64,000 bases of DNA from positions 3,683-67,682 of IMG/VR virus record IMGVR_UViG_3300005253_000655; one strand, given 5' to 3'. A program made the translations under genes and the position numbers. This DNA is from a virus. Positions 27,919 through 38,182 of this stretch are shown one piece after another; within the stretch, counting starts at the first letter, position 1; each line of letters begins with the position of its first letter. The notes under the pieces were generated by a model. That model was given only the letters and a program-made list of their open reading frames with translations. It was not told the origin of the DNA and made no database searches.

Positions 27919-30900
27919 TCCACTTATCCATCGTACCCCAGTCCTTCCCGGTCTTAGGGTCCACGGGTGTCGGCACTTTCAATGTCACAGCGTTCTCCAT
28001 CACATCCACTATTCTCGGGACCGCAATAGGCAACAAGTGATCATCTATCTCGAACAGGATATCATCATGAATCTGTATCAGCGGTCTACAAATTCCCATC
28101 TCACTCAGATCCTTCAGCACAGGTACCAGGTCACCCATCGCCTGCTTGATCACACCTTGCGCCCCCATCTGTATCGGAGCGTTTCCAGCTTTACGCAGCG
28201 CTTCCAGCTTCACCCACATGTTGTGAGCTTTAACACCTGGGACATACATTATCCTTCCCCACATGTCACGTACAAACCCGTGCCGCTTGGCATGAGTCTT
28301 CGTGTCCTGCATGAACTGAGCAATGCCGCTGTACACCCTGAACCAGGCTTCAATCATTTCCTCACATTCCTGCAGTGTGGATGTAGCGCCTTGGGAAAGC
28401 ATCTGTTCCAACAACCCTTTCCCTGTGATATCGTACAGAATTCCGAACCCGATTCTCTTGGCCGGATACCTGTGTTGCAGCTCGTCCACATCCTCTACTG
28501 CCAGCCCCCACATCTTGGCTGCAGTCATCGTGTGGATGTCCTGACTCTTGTTAAAGATCTCTATCATATTTGTGTCGTCGCCTTCATGTGCCGCTACCCT
28601 CATTTCGATCTGGCTGTTAGAATGAATAAGACCGTTCTGCGACACATAGGTATGTGTATTGTCTACTGTTATCTGATAAATATCACGTAAACCTACAAGA
28701 TCAATACTTTTTATTTTATGGTTCTGCGTCTTAAACATAATATAACACTTATGGGAACAATAGATTGCCTTTCTACATTTTGGCTGTACAAACTCTTTAC
28801 CACAACAAGGGCAAGTTAAATAATCCCTCTTGAATTTTGCGTAATTAGGATTTTCCTTTCCTTTATATGTGCGGCGACTCTTTAATCCTTCACGTAAAGC
28901 CTCCAACCTTTTTTCATCCGAGCGTTCACCATTTTTCACTGCCCTCCAGTAACGCCTTCCACCTTGTGCCCTGTTTTCTGTTATAGGTAGATATTGAATA
29001 TTGTCTGAGTGCCAATTCACAGCATTACCATTCTTATGATCCACTTCAAAGCCTTCGGGACAATCACCATATTTGTATTTTGCAATTAAGCGGTGTTTAT
29101 AAAAAGAGTTATGATAATTTCTTAGGTACCATGTTGAATACTTCTGTGGCCCTGCATAACTTTCCTTCACATGTGCTAACCTGTCTCCCACACGCAAGTT
29201 TTTTAGTTCTACACACTCCCCCTCATACGTCATTAACTTATGGTCTGCAGTACACTTGATGCTTGTACCGTCCTCCAGCCTTAACTTATAAACAGGCGCT
29301 CTACCTACTTTAGCCGCAGCTATCACTTTTTCAAACTGTAAGGATATACCCTCCTTGGAGGACAGCACGCCTGTGCCTACCTTAATGTCCTTAATTGGTT
29401 GTTCACCATACTCCGTGATTATCTTCTCATCCCCCGTAAGACAATAGTCACAAGAGAGGAAACTGCAGCCTTCAGCCGCAACGAAACCCTTCCGAACCAT
29501 TTTGCCTTCTTTCGAACGAGTCGGCTGTGCCATGAGATTGGGATTACTCGCACTAAGCCTCCCCGTGATAACCCTTGTGATTCTGAAAGTGGTATGTATA
29601 CGCCCGTCTTGTTGTACCTTTTTTGGTAATTGTCTGGTGTACGTGTTGAGTAGCTTATCATAACCCCTCCATTCTCTTATCAGCGGTATGATTGGATGCT
29701 TGTCTACCAGCCTTGATAGCACCTTGTCATCCGTACTGTTGCCCCGGATTTGAGGCAGTCCCAAATCAACAAAAAGCTTCTTAGACACTTGCAACGGGGA
29801 GGCCAGATTGAAACTCGATTTCGCCTTCCTCATGATCATGTTCTCCAGTACATCCGCCTTACCCTGCAGGTACCCGGACAACTCTTCAAAATGCGCCAAG
29901 TCCACTTCAATCCCTGCCGCCATCATGTCAACTACCATCAACATGGCATGCATATCCCGCCAGAACACTTCCTGTAAGCCCCGTGTCTCGATCATTCCCC
30001 ACAGGATAGGCCAGAGTCGCAATGTGGCATCCGCATCTCTTGCAGCGTAGTCCACGGCGTCGTCATGGTCTATGTCACTCAGGTCGCCTTCCGGCATTTC
30101 GCCATACACAGCTTCCACTTGACCCCGGCCCTCATTCAGTTTAATCTTCTTCCAGCGGTCAGCAGGGTCAGCGCCTTTGTTGGCTGTGTCATTCAGGATA
30201 CGCAGGGATTTCTTTGCTATATTTTGTGGTTGCTTGACCCTGGCAGCGTCCTTCTCCCATACCAGAAACGGTTCCGGCGCAAGCCAGTCTTGCATAAGAA
30301 CCTGATTCAGGTAGTCAATGGCCTTGTTCTTAGTGGCCTCACCTACCATGTCTTTATAAGCGTTCATCACCATGCCAAGGTGTCTGAATGCCAGAGGTTT
30401 CAGTCCTTGGGGCTCGCTCTGCAAAAGATACGCAATCACCATTGTGTCTGCAAACCGGGCCGGAACAATCCCCACACTTGACAAGACTGGAAGATCATAC
30501 AGGGCATTGTGATTGAGGGTCAGGACGTGCGGCTTAGCCACATGCTTAGCAACCTCTTCCAAGGCCTCATGCCGGTCCTCCATGACAACGATGGACTCCC
30601 CTGGCACCACACTGAACGACAAGCACCAAAACTTATTCTTCGCCCACTCTGTATCAATTGCTACCACATCGTGGCCTTCCAATATATTACGTATGGACAA
30701 GCCTGTGCGCATCTCTGAATAGAATTCCCTATCCTTGAATACATCCTCTAAATGAACCGGCTCCCGCTGCATACTCAACACCTCATACAGCGTCCTGAAG
30801 TCTTGCTGACACCACAACAAGGCCTGCGAGTCAACTACGCCTGCACTCGGGTCGTATAGCGGGACCACTGTGCGCATAGAATTACCAACCATCACCCGGA

Positions 30901-31309
30901 AAGGTATACCGTGGACCCTGTCCATGCTGACATTGCCCAGGATCTGCTTTGTTGCCACAGCCCCTACAGTCCCGATGACGGAAGGATTTACAATGTCCAG
31001 TTCTCTATGTAGAAACTTCCGGCGACACGTGTCCAGGTGAACGGCCTTTGACTTCTTCACAATGCATTTCACACATTTAGTGACATAGATGTCTTCGCGG
31101 TCAATGTAATTGGCACGCAAGAGGTTGGTGAATTCCTCGCCACCTTTAGACCCCCCGTGGAAAGGAATACCGAATCTGTCTTCCCAGAATCCGGGGGAGT
31201 CTCCGAGAATGAGGAGCCTGGACGACAAATTACCCGTACCCCAAACGATCTGGGTACGAGTTTCGTGTAGTTCACAGGCTGTGCATGTGTGTGCTAGTTC
31301 ATTTTTCAT
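27911..31309 (-). CDS. polA: Family A DNA polymerase with N-terminal family-4 UDG-like domain and 3'-5' exonuclease, intein-containing
   Basis: CTACEL..GDSPG..VKC; Exo DTE/HNALYD/YAARD; TGRLS..NPNL; motif A DY|SQIEMR; HDD motif C. Confidence 0.92.
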   Translation of the reverse strand: MKNELAHTCTACELHETRTQIVWGTGNLSSRLLILGDSPGFWEDRFGIPFHGGSKGGEEFTNLLRANYIDREDIYVTKCVKCIVKKSKAVHLDTCRRKFLHRELDIVNPSVIGTVGAVATKQILGNVSMDRVHGIPFRVMVGNSMRTVVPLYDPSAGVVDSQALLWCQQDFRTLYEVLSMQREPVHLEDVFKDREFYSEMRTGLSIRNILEGHDVVAIDTEWAKNKFWCLSFSVVPGESIVVMEDRHEALEEVAKHVAKPHVLTLNHNALYDLPVLSSVGIVPARFADTMVIAYLLQSEPQGLKPLAFRHLGMVMNAYKDMVGEATKNKAIDYLNQVLMQDWLAPEPFLVWEKDAARVKQPQNIAKKSLRILNDTANKGADPADRWKKIKLNEGRGQVEAVYGEMPEGDLSDIDHDDAVDYAARDADATLRLWPILWGMIETRGLQEVFWRDMHAMLMVVDMMAAGIEVDLAHFEELSGYLQGKADVLENMIMRKAKSSFNLASPLQVSKKLFVDLGLPQIRGNSTDDKVLSRLVDKHPIIPLIREWRGYDKLLNTYTRQLPKKVQQDGRIHTTFRITRVITGRLSASNPNLMAQPTRSKEGKMVRKGFVAAEGCSFLSCDYCLTGDEKIITEYGEQPIKDIKVGTGVLSSKEGISLQFEKVIAAAKVGRAPVYKLRLEDGTSIKCTADHKLMTYEGECVELKNLRVGDRLAHVKESYAGPQKYSTWYLRNYHNSFYKHRLIAKYKYGDCPEGFEVDHKNGNAVNWHSDNIQYLPITENRAQGGRRYWRAVKNGERSDEKRLEALREGLKSRRTYKGKENPNYAKFKRDYLTCPCCGKEFVQPKCRKAIYCSHKCYIMFKTQNHKIKSIDLVGLRDIYQITVDNTHTYVSQNGLIHSNSQIEMRVAAHEGDDTNMIEIFNKSQDIHTMTAAKMWGLAVEDVDELQHRYPAKRIGFGILYDITGKGLLEQMLSQGATSTLQECEEMIEAWFRVYSGIAQFMQDTKTHAKRHGFVRDMWGRIMYVPGVKAHNMWVKLEALRKAGNAPIQMGAQGVIKQAMGDLVPVLKDLSEMGICRPLIQIHDDILFEIDDHLLPIAVPRIVDVMENAVTLKVPTPVDPKTGKDWGTMDKWNV
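28616..29443 (-). mobile_element. Intein (276 aa) with HNH endonuclease in PolA motif A
   Basis: CLTGDEKI start, block B TADHK, HNH EVDHKNGN...N, end IHSN then Ser. Confidence 0.88.
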
Positions 31310-31314
31310 AGGCT

Positions 31315-31344
31315 ATTATACCTCAATTCAGGGTCAAATGTCAA
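31315..31344 (-). promoter_or_regulatory. Sigma-70 promoter (probably leaderless polA mRNA)
   Basis: TTGACA-N18-TATAAT, 5 nt before ATG 31309. Confidence 0.7.
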
Positions 31345-31570
31345 GCTATTTCCAAGGCAGATTCTTATACTCCCAATGTGTAAAAAAGAAAGGTTTTCCT
31401 ATCCACTCTCTCTTTCTTTCTATTCTACATAACCAATACCAAACCTCCTTCACCTTTATAGGATACCATGCGTACCAGGGGTGCCAATTTTCTATATAGT
31501 CTACCTTACTTTGTGCTTTTCTCTTGGCTGCTATCCTGTCCCATCGCATGAGTGTCCTCCTAATAAAATG

Positions 31571-31645
31571 TGGGGTGACCGGCGGGAGTCGAACCCGCTA
31601 AAAACAGATTCACAGTCTGCTGCCTCACCGTTTGGCTCCAGCCAC
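31571..31645 (-). tRNA. tRNA-His(GTG)
   Basis: Anticodon loop CTGTGAA, C73, CCA. Confidence 0.85.
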
Positions 31646-31653
31646 ATCAAAAT

Positions 31654-31968
31654 TTATTTAATATGCTCAATTACTCCTTCCGAGTCTTCATGCTCTTTAT
31701 TCCAAACTCTCCCCTTGTTCCGTTCAAGCGTATACTCTCCAGCACCTAACATGTCTATCCTATTTTGATAACAATAATGGGATAATAAACAAAGTACATC
31801 CCCGACCTCTTCAAACTTTTGCCCTTGTGTACCTTTTTCGGTCGCCTCCCTTAACTCCTCGACTTCTCTTTTCATGTGATTTACTATTCCTATGGATCTA
31901 TTTTTACCAAAGGTTTTATCCGCCCATTCACCTTGCTTTCTTACAAACCTTTCTAAACGATCAAGCAT
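31654..31968 (-). CDS. MazG-like dATP/dGTP pyrophosphohydrolase (DUF550-type)
   Basis: WADKTFG...HMKREVEE...EEVGD...N..R.W. Confidence 0.75.
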   Translation of the reverse strand: MLDRLERFVRKQGEWADKTFGKNRSIGIVNHMKREVEELREATEKGTQGQKFEEVGDVLCLLSHYCYQNRIDMLGAGEYTLERNKGRVWNKEHEDSEGVIEHIK

Positions 31969-32367
31969 TTTATTTATTCCCCCTCTCCTTAAGTATATCC
32001 ACTACTGCATGAATCCTGTAACAATCTTCAGGTGTTTCACCGCAGTCTGAATCAAGTCCGCAAGCCGGACAAACATGCTCACTTATTTCCTGTATTGTTT
32101 TAATATCTTCCTTGTCCATAATACATCCTCCAAATTAACTCTTTCTAGGCTTGATTTGTTTCTTCTGACCAGCACGCTCTTTCTTTTTAACCTCTGACCA
32201 CCATACAGGCTTGACCGGACCTCTGCTTACAATCGGGCACCAACCCTGTTTGTTTCGGTACAGCATACCTTCAGGGGTGTACGTAATGCACTCCCCATCT
32301 GAATCCGTCTTCTCACAGCCCTCGCATATCTCCAACTCATTCTTTGGCTCTCCCATTGTCCCCTCCT

Positions 32368-32814
32368 TTATACATATGTATACCAACCATCTTCATCATC
32401 TCCAAATCTCCATCCAAGTTTCTCTAATTCTTCTTTATCCTTATTCGTTACCTCCTTGTCAAGGTCCGGGCCATAAAGAACGTCAAGGCCTCCTGTGCAG
32501 AGCCAAGCTTTATCACCGTCGTCTACATATTTCTTGAAAATTAACAGTCCATCAATTATATCATTCAGCATTACTTAGTCCTCCCATATAACACTCTGTC
32601 TCTTCCATTGTCCCCTCCTCTATACATGTTTTTGCCAAACATCATCCATGTAAAACCAGCCCAGGGAATCTAGCCTCTTACCATCCTCTTCTGATACTCT
32701 CCTGTCAAGGTCCGGGGCATAGATCAAGTCATGCTCTGCGCTTATCCAAGCAGCATTCAAATCCTCAATGTACCTCTCAAAAATCAATAACCCTTTGATT
32801 ACATCCGTTATCAT
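32368..32814 (-). CDS. Tandem paralogous small ORFs (32368-32571, 32620-32814)
   Basis: M..D.I.GLLIF..Y..D...AW......D..Y.PDLD..V..ED...L..LGW shared. Confidence 0.65.
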
Positions 32815-33542
32815 TACTTAGTCCTCCCATATAACAACTCATTCCAAATTGAATCCGCCAGCGTCTTCCCGATCCCTTCCACCTCCATCAGCTCTTCCTT
32901 CTTAGCGCACAACAGTTTAAACATTGTGGGAAATTTCTCCAAGAGTTTCACACTTTTCCCCCAACCAACCCCGGACAGTTCCTTGATCATCTTGTGTGTG
33001 ACCGAAGGCTTGTGCATCATGGCTTGGGGAGGAGTCGTAACGTGAAACGCATTCAACCCCTTGTGCTTGTCCCAGTCCTTTTGCCACCACCTATAAAGCT
33101 GTGTCAACCACCTGCCACTATGTCCCAGATCCGGCGAATACCATATCTTCACTCCACATTTAGCTGCAATGGTATTGAGAAAACCTGTGAGATAACTGCC
33201 CATAAACTGTCTCGTTCCAAGGGTAAAAGGAAACCACCTACTGTGCTTAAAATGCATCAACAACCCCGTGTGTAGATCCTCCTCCCATTTGCCTTCCAAC
33301 AGGAGATACACCTGCTCGTAGCTGTTGCATAGGCCTACCAGTTGGTGCCCCGCAAGTCGCCCGGAGTCAATAGAAGATATCATGTCTCCCAGTGTCTTAC
33401 GCTCCACACCAATGGTCGTGGGACCGTCTGGGCCGTTGCCCATGAAAGCCGCATCTGCAAATTGCAACGTGACCAGCTTGCAAGGCGCGGTAACAATAGG
33501 CTCCAGCTCTTTGGACCCGACTCTGTTGTCTATGGATATCAT
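32814..33542 (-). CDS. ERCC4-type nuclease with HhH motifs
   Basis: IDNR, GVERKT..D..SS..SGRL..Q, EGIGKTLA. Confidence 0.85.
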   Translation of the reverse strand: MISIDNRVGSKELEPIVTAPCKLVTLQFADAAFMGNGPDGPTTIGVERKTLGDMISSIDSGRLAGHQLVGLCNSYEQVYLLLEGKWEEDLHTGLLMHFKHSRWFPFTLGTRQFMGSYLTGFLNTIAAKCGVKIWYSPDLGHSGRWLTQLYRWWQKDWDKHKGLNAFHVTTPPQAMMHKPSVTHKMIKELSGVGWGKSVKLLEKFPTMFKLLCAKKEELMEVEGIGKTLADSIWNELLYGRTK

Positions 33543-33994
33543 TCGTTGAAGTCCAAATCATCAAGAGCGCGTTCAAGCTCCACAATGTAGGCATTTCCCG
33601 TGAAACCTACTTGATTTATGCCCTCCCGTAATTGACTGCGTATTACCATCCATACAGAGTTTGTAGCTGTTATTTCCACAACGTGTACCACTTCTTTTGT
33701 CTTTGTTGCTGTTACATTTTCTCCCATCACCTACCCTCCTTTAATGTATAGTTTTTTGCAGCTTACTTCTTCGATCAATTTTTACAGCGTATTCCACAGC
33801 ATCAATCTTGTCTGGAAACAGTCCCATAATCTTCAACCCCTTGGACATGCCCTCCTCGGTGTTTTCGACAACCTCCATCACCGGCCAGAAGTCCCCGGCC
33901 TCCCGTACCCTTGCCACTACTATATCCCCCAGGTCCAGGCGCTCCAGACCTTTGAAGACCTTATCAAAGTCGTCATCGTCGTAGATGAAGTGCA

Positions 33995-34552
33995 TTAGTC
34001 ACCTCCTTCAGTGTTCTCGTCTTCGTTATCATAAACGCAACCAGATTGGTCCGCCATTGAACACGCTACCTTGCTGCTACTGATATCTACACCCTTAGCA
34101 CAATGCGTCATCTCGAACACTGTAGGGTAGTGCTCACACCTTTTCTCTAGATAAGCATCTACAAAATGATCCTTATTGGTTTCTCCCCGCGCATCAAATA
34201 TAACATCGGGAAGGCTTTCCATGTACTTATTCCTGAAGCTCCTGAAAACATACACACGTTGAGGCTTGTTCTCTATGGGGTCGAGCCTTTTCATTTTCTC
34301 AATGGCGTGTTTATTGGCAGCGAATTCGTTCCTATCAAGCGCGACAATTACATTAAACTCTATGCCCCCGACATTGAAATAAAAGCCGTTATAATCAACC
34401 CGTTCTTGGTCTCTTGAAAGCCGTATGTATATGCCTTGCAAGATAAGCTTCGCCTCAAAATCTGCGACATCTTCCTGCATGACAACCATGTCAACATCAC
34501 TCGCGTCCGTTGCTCCACCAAACACCCTAGACCCTGATAATAGCATCTTCAT
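33995..34552 (-). CDS. Nucleotidyltransferase-fold protein
   Basis: GSRVFG....SDVD motif. Confidence 0.65.
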   Translation of the reverse strand: MKMLLSGSRVFGGATDASDVDMVVMQEDVADFEAKLILQGIYIRLSRDQERVDYNGFYFNVGGIEFNVIVALDRNEFAANKHAIEKMKRLDPIENKPQRVYVFRSFRNKYMESLPDVIFDARGETNKDHFVDAYLEKRCEHYPTVFEMTHCAKGVDISSSKVACSMADQSGCVYDNEDENTEGGD

Positions 34553-34736
34553 AATTCATCCCCTCCTTAATATGCGCCACATTTTAAAAGTCGGATCAGC
34601 GCGTTCAAATCCTCCGGCGTGTCTATGACAAGGTTCCCATTCACATACAGCTCTGTTATAATGCCAAACTGTTCCTCTTTCTGCATGAACCGTATAGGCA
34701 CACCCTTCTTTGTATTAATTTCCAGTATCTTATCCA

Positions 34737-35450
34737 TTATTCCCAGTCCTCCACTGTGGTACCTTTCACAATCAACACCGCCATCTGTTTGAAATCGCAC
34801 ATCGGTCCAGGCAAAACTTCCCCGTCCAGCTCCGGGTCGTGACGGCAGTCTACGATTTCCATGCAAAACATACCCTCATCTTTATACAGCTCCAGAGTGA
34901 CCTGCACTAGTCCCAAAACTCCACTATATCCCATAGGCACCATCTCTTTCTGCATTACGTTGTTGATGTAACTATTCTTCATCTTGCGGATCAGGATCAA
35001 GTTGGTACGGGCATCGTAAGCCGACTTGATCATTTTGGAATACTCACTGTTCACCGGACCATACTGCAATGGCATGACTTGCGTGACTTTGCCAAACCTA
35101 GCCATACGTATCAGCTCCCACATCTCCGTCTCTGTATCCCATACAACGGTACGTATGGAGCTGTCAGCCAAAGACTCATAGTATGCAATCTTGAACGCTT
35201 CCCACTCTACGGTAGCCTCAACCTTCTCCGTGGGCACTTTAACATCATATTGGTATATTATCTTCTGGTCCGCAAACTTATGCACCACACCTTCCAGGCC
35301 CACATCCACGTTGAAGAACGCCGTGTCACCGGGAGCGGTCAGAGACTGGTGTGTCTTACCGCACTTTTGCCTTGCTTGCATAGCGACTATCAGCCTGGGA
35401 TAGATCTCGGCATCGGCCACTTTGAATCCTGTTTTTTTATCCAGCGTCAT
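34737..35450 (-). CDS. AAA ATPase (Sak4-like recombination protein)
   Basis: ARQKCGKT Walker A, TVVWD Walker B; near a PD-(D/E)xK exonuclease. Confidence 0.65.
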   Translation of the reverse strand: MTLDKKTGFKVADAEIYPRLIVAMQARQKCGKTHQSLTAPGDTAFFNVDVGLEGVVHKFADQKIIYQYDVKVPTEKVEATVEWEAFKIAYYESLADSSIRTVVWDTETEMWELIRMARFGKVTQVMPLQYGPVNSEYSKMIKSAYDARTNLILIRKMKNSYINNVMQKEMVPMGYSGVLGLVQVTLELYKDEGMFCMEIVDCRHDPELDGEVLPGPMCDFKQMAVLIVKGTTVEDWE

Positions 35451-35938
35451 GTTTGTATCCCTCCTTTAACATTTGTTGCAGATGGAGCATAAGAGCGTCC
35501 GTTATGGCTGCAAGATCCCTCGGGGCGATAAGAACTTCCCGAGACAGATTCGCAGAAACTGTTGAGGTGTCACTACTTTCTTCTCCACCAAACACACCAG
35601 TAATCTCTATCCTTGCGTTGATTATCGCCATAACTCACACCCCCAAATTTTTCATTGTATTCAGAATGTTATTAGCATCTTTGTACGTTTTCGCTGTTCC
35701 AATGCGCAGCAATCTTTCACATAGCTTCCGGACTTTCAACAACATTTTTGTCATCTCTGGGACTGTGTTGGAACGTTTTTCCTTCTCTTTGTTTATCCAG
35801 GCAGTAATAACCTCCCCTAGAACCTCTTTCTCGAAATCCAAAATTATAGGGAAGCTTACTTTGTATTCATCCAATTGATTGAACTGATCCCTTACCACAT
35901 CTATAAGATCCAACAACTCTCGTATATTATCCATCATA

Positions 35939-36523
35939 TTATTTATCCTCCTGTCCCCAACCATCAACCAACATTCTGTCCCGTTGCTTCAATATCATGT
36001 TCCAGTTCTCCCGCAGCTCAGCGTCGGTGAACACAATGCGATAAACTTTATATTCTGGCCCACCACCTTTGTAGTTGCCCATGATGTGGATGATTCTCAT
36101 GATAACTATATTTAAATCCATCATAAAGCAGTACGACTTAACTTGTGTCATGTATCGCCAATTATCTACTGGCAATTGTCTACTTGATTTCCAAGTGAAT
36201 TTCAGTTCAGTGAGTATTAATCCTGCTTCTCCTCTAGGGTCCGGCTCCATACCATCAGGACTACCTACAATATCATCCTTCCACACTTCGCCAGGTCGAA
36301 CACACTCGCGTTCTTTCAAGGTCTCTTCTAGTACGTCTTCCCAGACAAAACCTAGATTCATCGTTAACTGCGCTTCACCCCAGTGTCCACGATATTCCCA
36401 CCCCATTGCCTTCTCTAGGGAATAAATGACATCAGTAAGGTGGATAACACCGCCGCCCATTGTTCTGTCTTCTCCTGAACCTGTCTTTGGTATGAAAGGT
36501 TGATCTAGCAATTCCCATTCCAT
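35939..36523 (-). CDS. PD-(D/E)xK exonuclease (Cas4/RecB-like)
   Basis: GSPDG...ELK...Q..SY. Confidence 0.75.
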   Translation of the reverse strand: MEWELLDQPFIPKTGSGEDRTMGGGVIHLTDVIYSLEKAMGWEYRGHWGEAQLTMNLGFVWEDVLEETLKERECVRPGEVWKDDIVGSPDGMEPDPRGEAGLILTELKFTWKSSRQLPVDNWRYMTQVKSYCFMMDLNIVIMRIIHIMGNYKGGGPEYKVYRIVFTDAELRENWNMILKQRDRMLVDGWGQEDK

Positions 36524-37020
36524 TATGACCTCCTGTTATGTCGTTGCTCAAGCGGCGTAGACCACTTGCAGTTATCTGGTCCGTAGTTTCCGTAGGGGTC
36601 AATGCGGTCAAGGGTTTTACCTCCAGGACGCTCGCCCATGTCTTCGAGAAAGTTTCTAAAATCCTTCCACCTGTCACAATGTGTGACATCTTTGTAATGC
36701 GAATAATCCTTGTGTTCAGGATTTATTTTACAACGACTCCGCATGCCCATCCAGCTATAATATGTAGGAGAAATAGCGCCTTTGGAAGTATGCTTGTGTT
36801 TTGCTGCATCTCTGTTTCTCTGCGCTGTTGTTTCTCGCATGAGACATCCACAAGACCTAACCTTTTCTCGCACTAAATCGGGGCCAAAGACAAGCGTTTC
36901 ATTACCGCACTCGCACAAGCAGGGCCACTTCATTCCTCCATTCTTATTCCGGTGTCCGGCATCTTCCAATACTAACAATCGGCCAAACACTTGCCCCGCT
37001 AATTTGAGTTTCTCTGTCAT
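36523..37020 (-). CDS. HNH homing endonuclease
   Basis: GQVFGRL.V, CLCECG, SCGC, W..MR.RC, TLDRID..GNY.P.NC.W. Confidence 0.85.
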   Translation of the reverse strand: MTEKLKLAGQVFGRLLVLEDAGHRNKNGGMKWPCLCECGNETLVFGPDLVREKVRSCGCLMRETTAQRNRDAAKHKHTSKGAISPTYYSWMGMRSRCKINPEHKDYSHYKDVTHCDRWKDFRNFLEDMGERPGGKTLDRIDPYGNYGPDNCKWSTPLEQRHNRRS

Positions 37021-37021
37021 C

Positions 37022-37615
37022 CTAAGTACACCACCAATTTTTACAAGCCATGATGCAGCGGAAAAATGACAGCTCCACGTGGCTCTGTGACAAGCAACGT
37101 ATTTCGAGATCTTTCATCCTGGCATACTCCAAGGATTCCAATATCTCATTGGAGCCTGCAGTTTGATACGGCTCTTGGGGGAACAATTGCTCGCGTTCTA
37201 GTTGACATATCACCTTATCCGCAAGCTTCACCTCATCAGGGAAGGGATAAACAAGACCGAAGATTGCTGAAATATCTGACATTATTTGATTTTCATAGAT
37301 TTTGAGCTGCGGTAACAGAGTTTTAAAAGGCTTATTGACATCCCCGGTATATGCTTCATGTGCATCATGCATCAAGGCCGTAAGCTTATTTTTATCCGAC
37401 ACCATGTCCGACACCAACATGCTATGCTCTGCCACAGAGTAGAAGGTTTCGGTATGTCCGACAAATCGGGTCTGTTGGGATAGGGAATGGACAATATCCG
37501 TCAAGCTTATTTCTTGCTCAGGATAGCGATGTTCCAGATCGAAATGGAATTTCCTCCCTGTGTAAGTTTGAATCCATGCACCCTCTTCAGGATCTATCAT
37601 GTTTTTTACCTCCAT
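37022..37615 (-). CDS. HD-domain 5'-deoxynucleotidase (YfbR-like)
   Basis: RFVGH..YSVAEHS, LMHDAHEAYTGD, AD. Confidence 0.85.
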   Translation of the reverse strand: MEVKNMIDPEEGAWIQTYTGRKFHFDLEHRYPEQEISLTDIVHSLSQQTRFVGHTETFYSVAEHSMLVSDMVSDKNKLTALMHDAHEAYTGDVNKPFKTLLPQLKIYENQIMSDISAIFGLVYPFPDEVKLADKVICQLEREQLFPQEPYQTAGSNEILESLEYARMKDLEIRCLSQSHVELSFFRCIMACKNWWCT

Positions 37616-37804
37616 TTGGCTCGCCCTTCCTCTTTATTGCCTCCGCAAGTTTGTCCAATGTTAGCTCTAATGCCAACACAGCACTAGCAACCATTGCACC
37701 CTTAAGGATCGGATCATCATCCAACATTCGTAAAGGCAATGCTATTGTCTCGTAATAAGATTCATTATCATAATGCCCACTGATTGTTACTGTAAGCGTT
37801 CGCT

Positions 37805-38182
37805 TCATTTTACACCTCCACCTTTGTCCGCTGCTTGGCCATCCGGCCCGAGAATCGTGTCACTCTCATCGATTATATGTTGCAACACAGCACTGAATCT
37901 CAGCTTCCCTTCATTAACATATGTGACTGCGTAGACCAGTGGCCCTATTGCAAACACATAGCCTAACGGGGGAAGAAGTGTTTTCTTCACGCTGTTCGGT
38001 GCTTTGCGTACAGCTTCCATTGTCGGGGGGACGGGGTTGATTGCTGCTACTGTTGGATTTCCGCCGCGCAGAACATTAACCTTGCCACCTTCTTCATTTA
38101 CTGTTACGAGCAGATTGTCCATATCTGTTTGAGATTTTGCATCTCCAACCACTTGAATCAATTTATCCATATCCATGTCCAT
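37805..38182 (-). CDS. Hypothetical protein
   Basis: RBS AAGGAGG before MDMDMDK. Confidence 0.5.
   Translation of the reverse strand: MDMDMDKLIQVVGDAKSQTDMDNLLVTVNEEGGKVNVLRGGNPTVAAINPVPPTMEAVRKAPNSVKKTLLPPLGYVFAIGPLVYAVTYVNEGKLRFSAVLQHIIDESDTILGPDGQAADKGGGVK

Noticed and set aside
27653-28690. 345-aa plus-strand ORF and other long antisense ORFs
   Set aside because: Shadows of well-supported minus-strand genes
35939-36523. CRISPR-associated Cas4
   Set aside because: Stand-alone phage exonuclease without Fe-S cysteines or cas context
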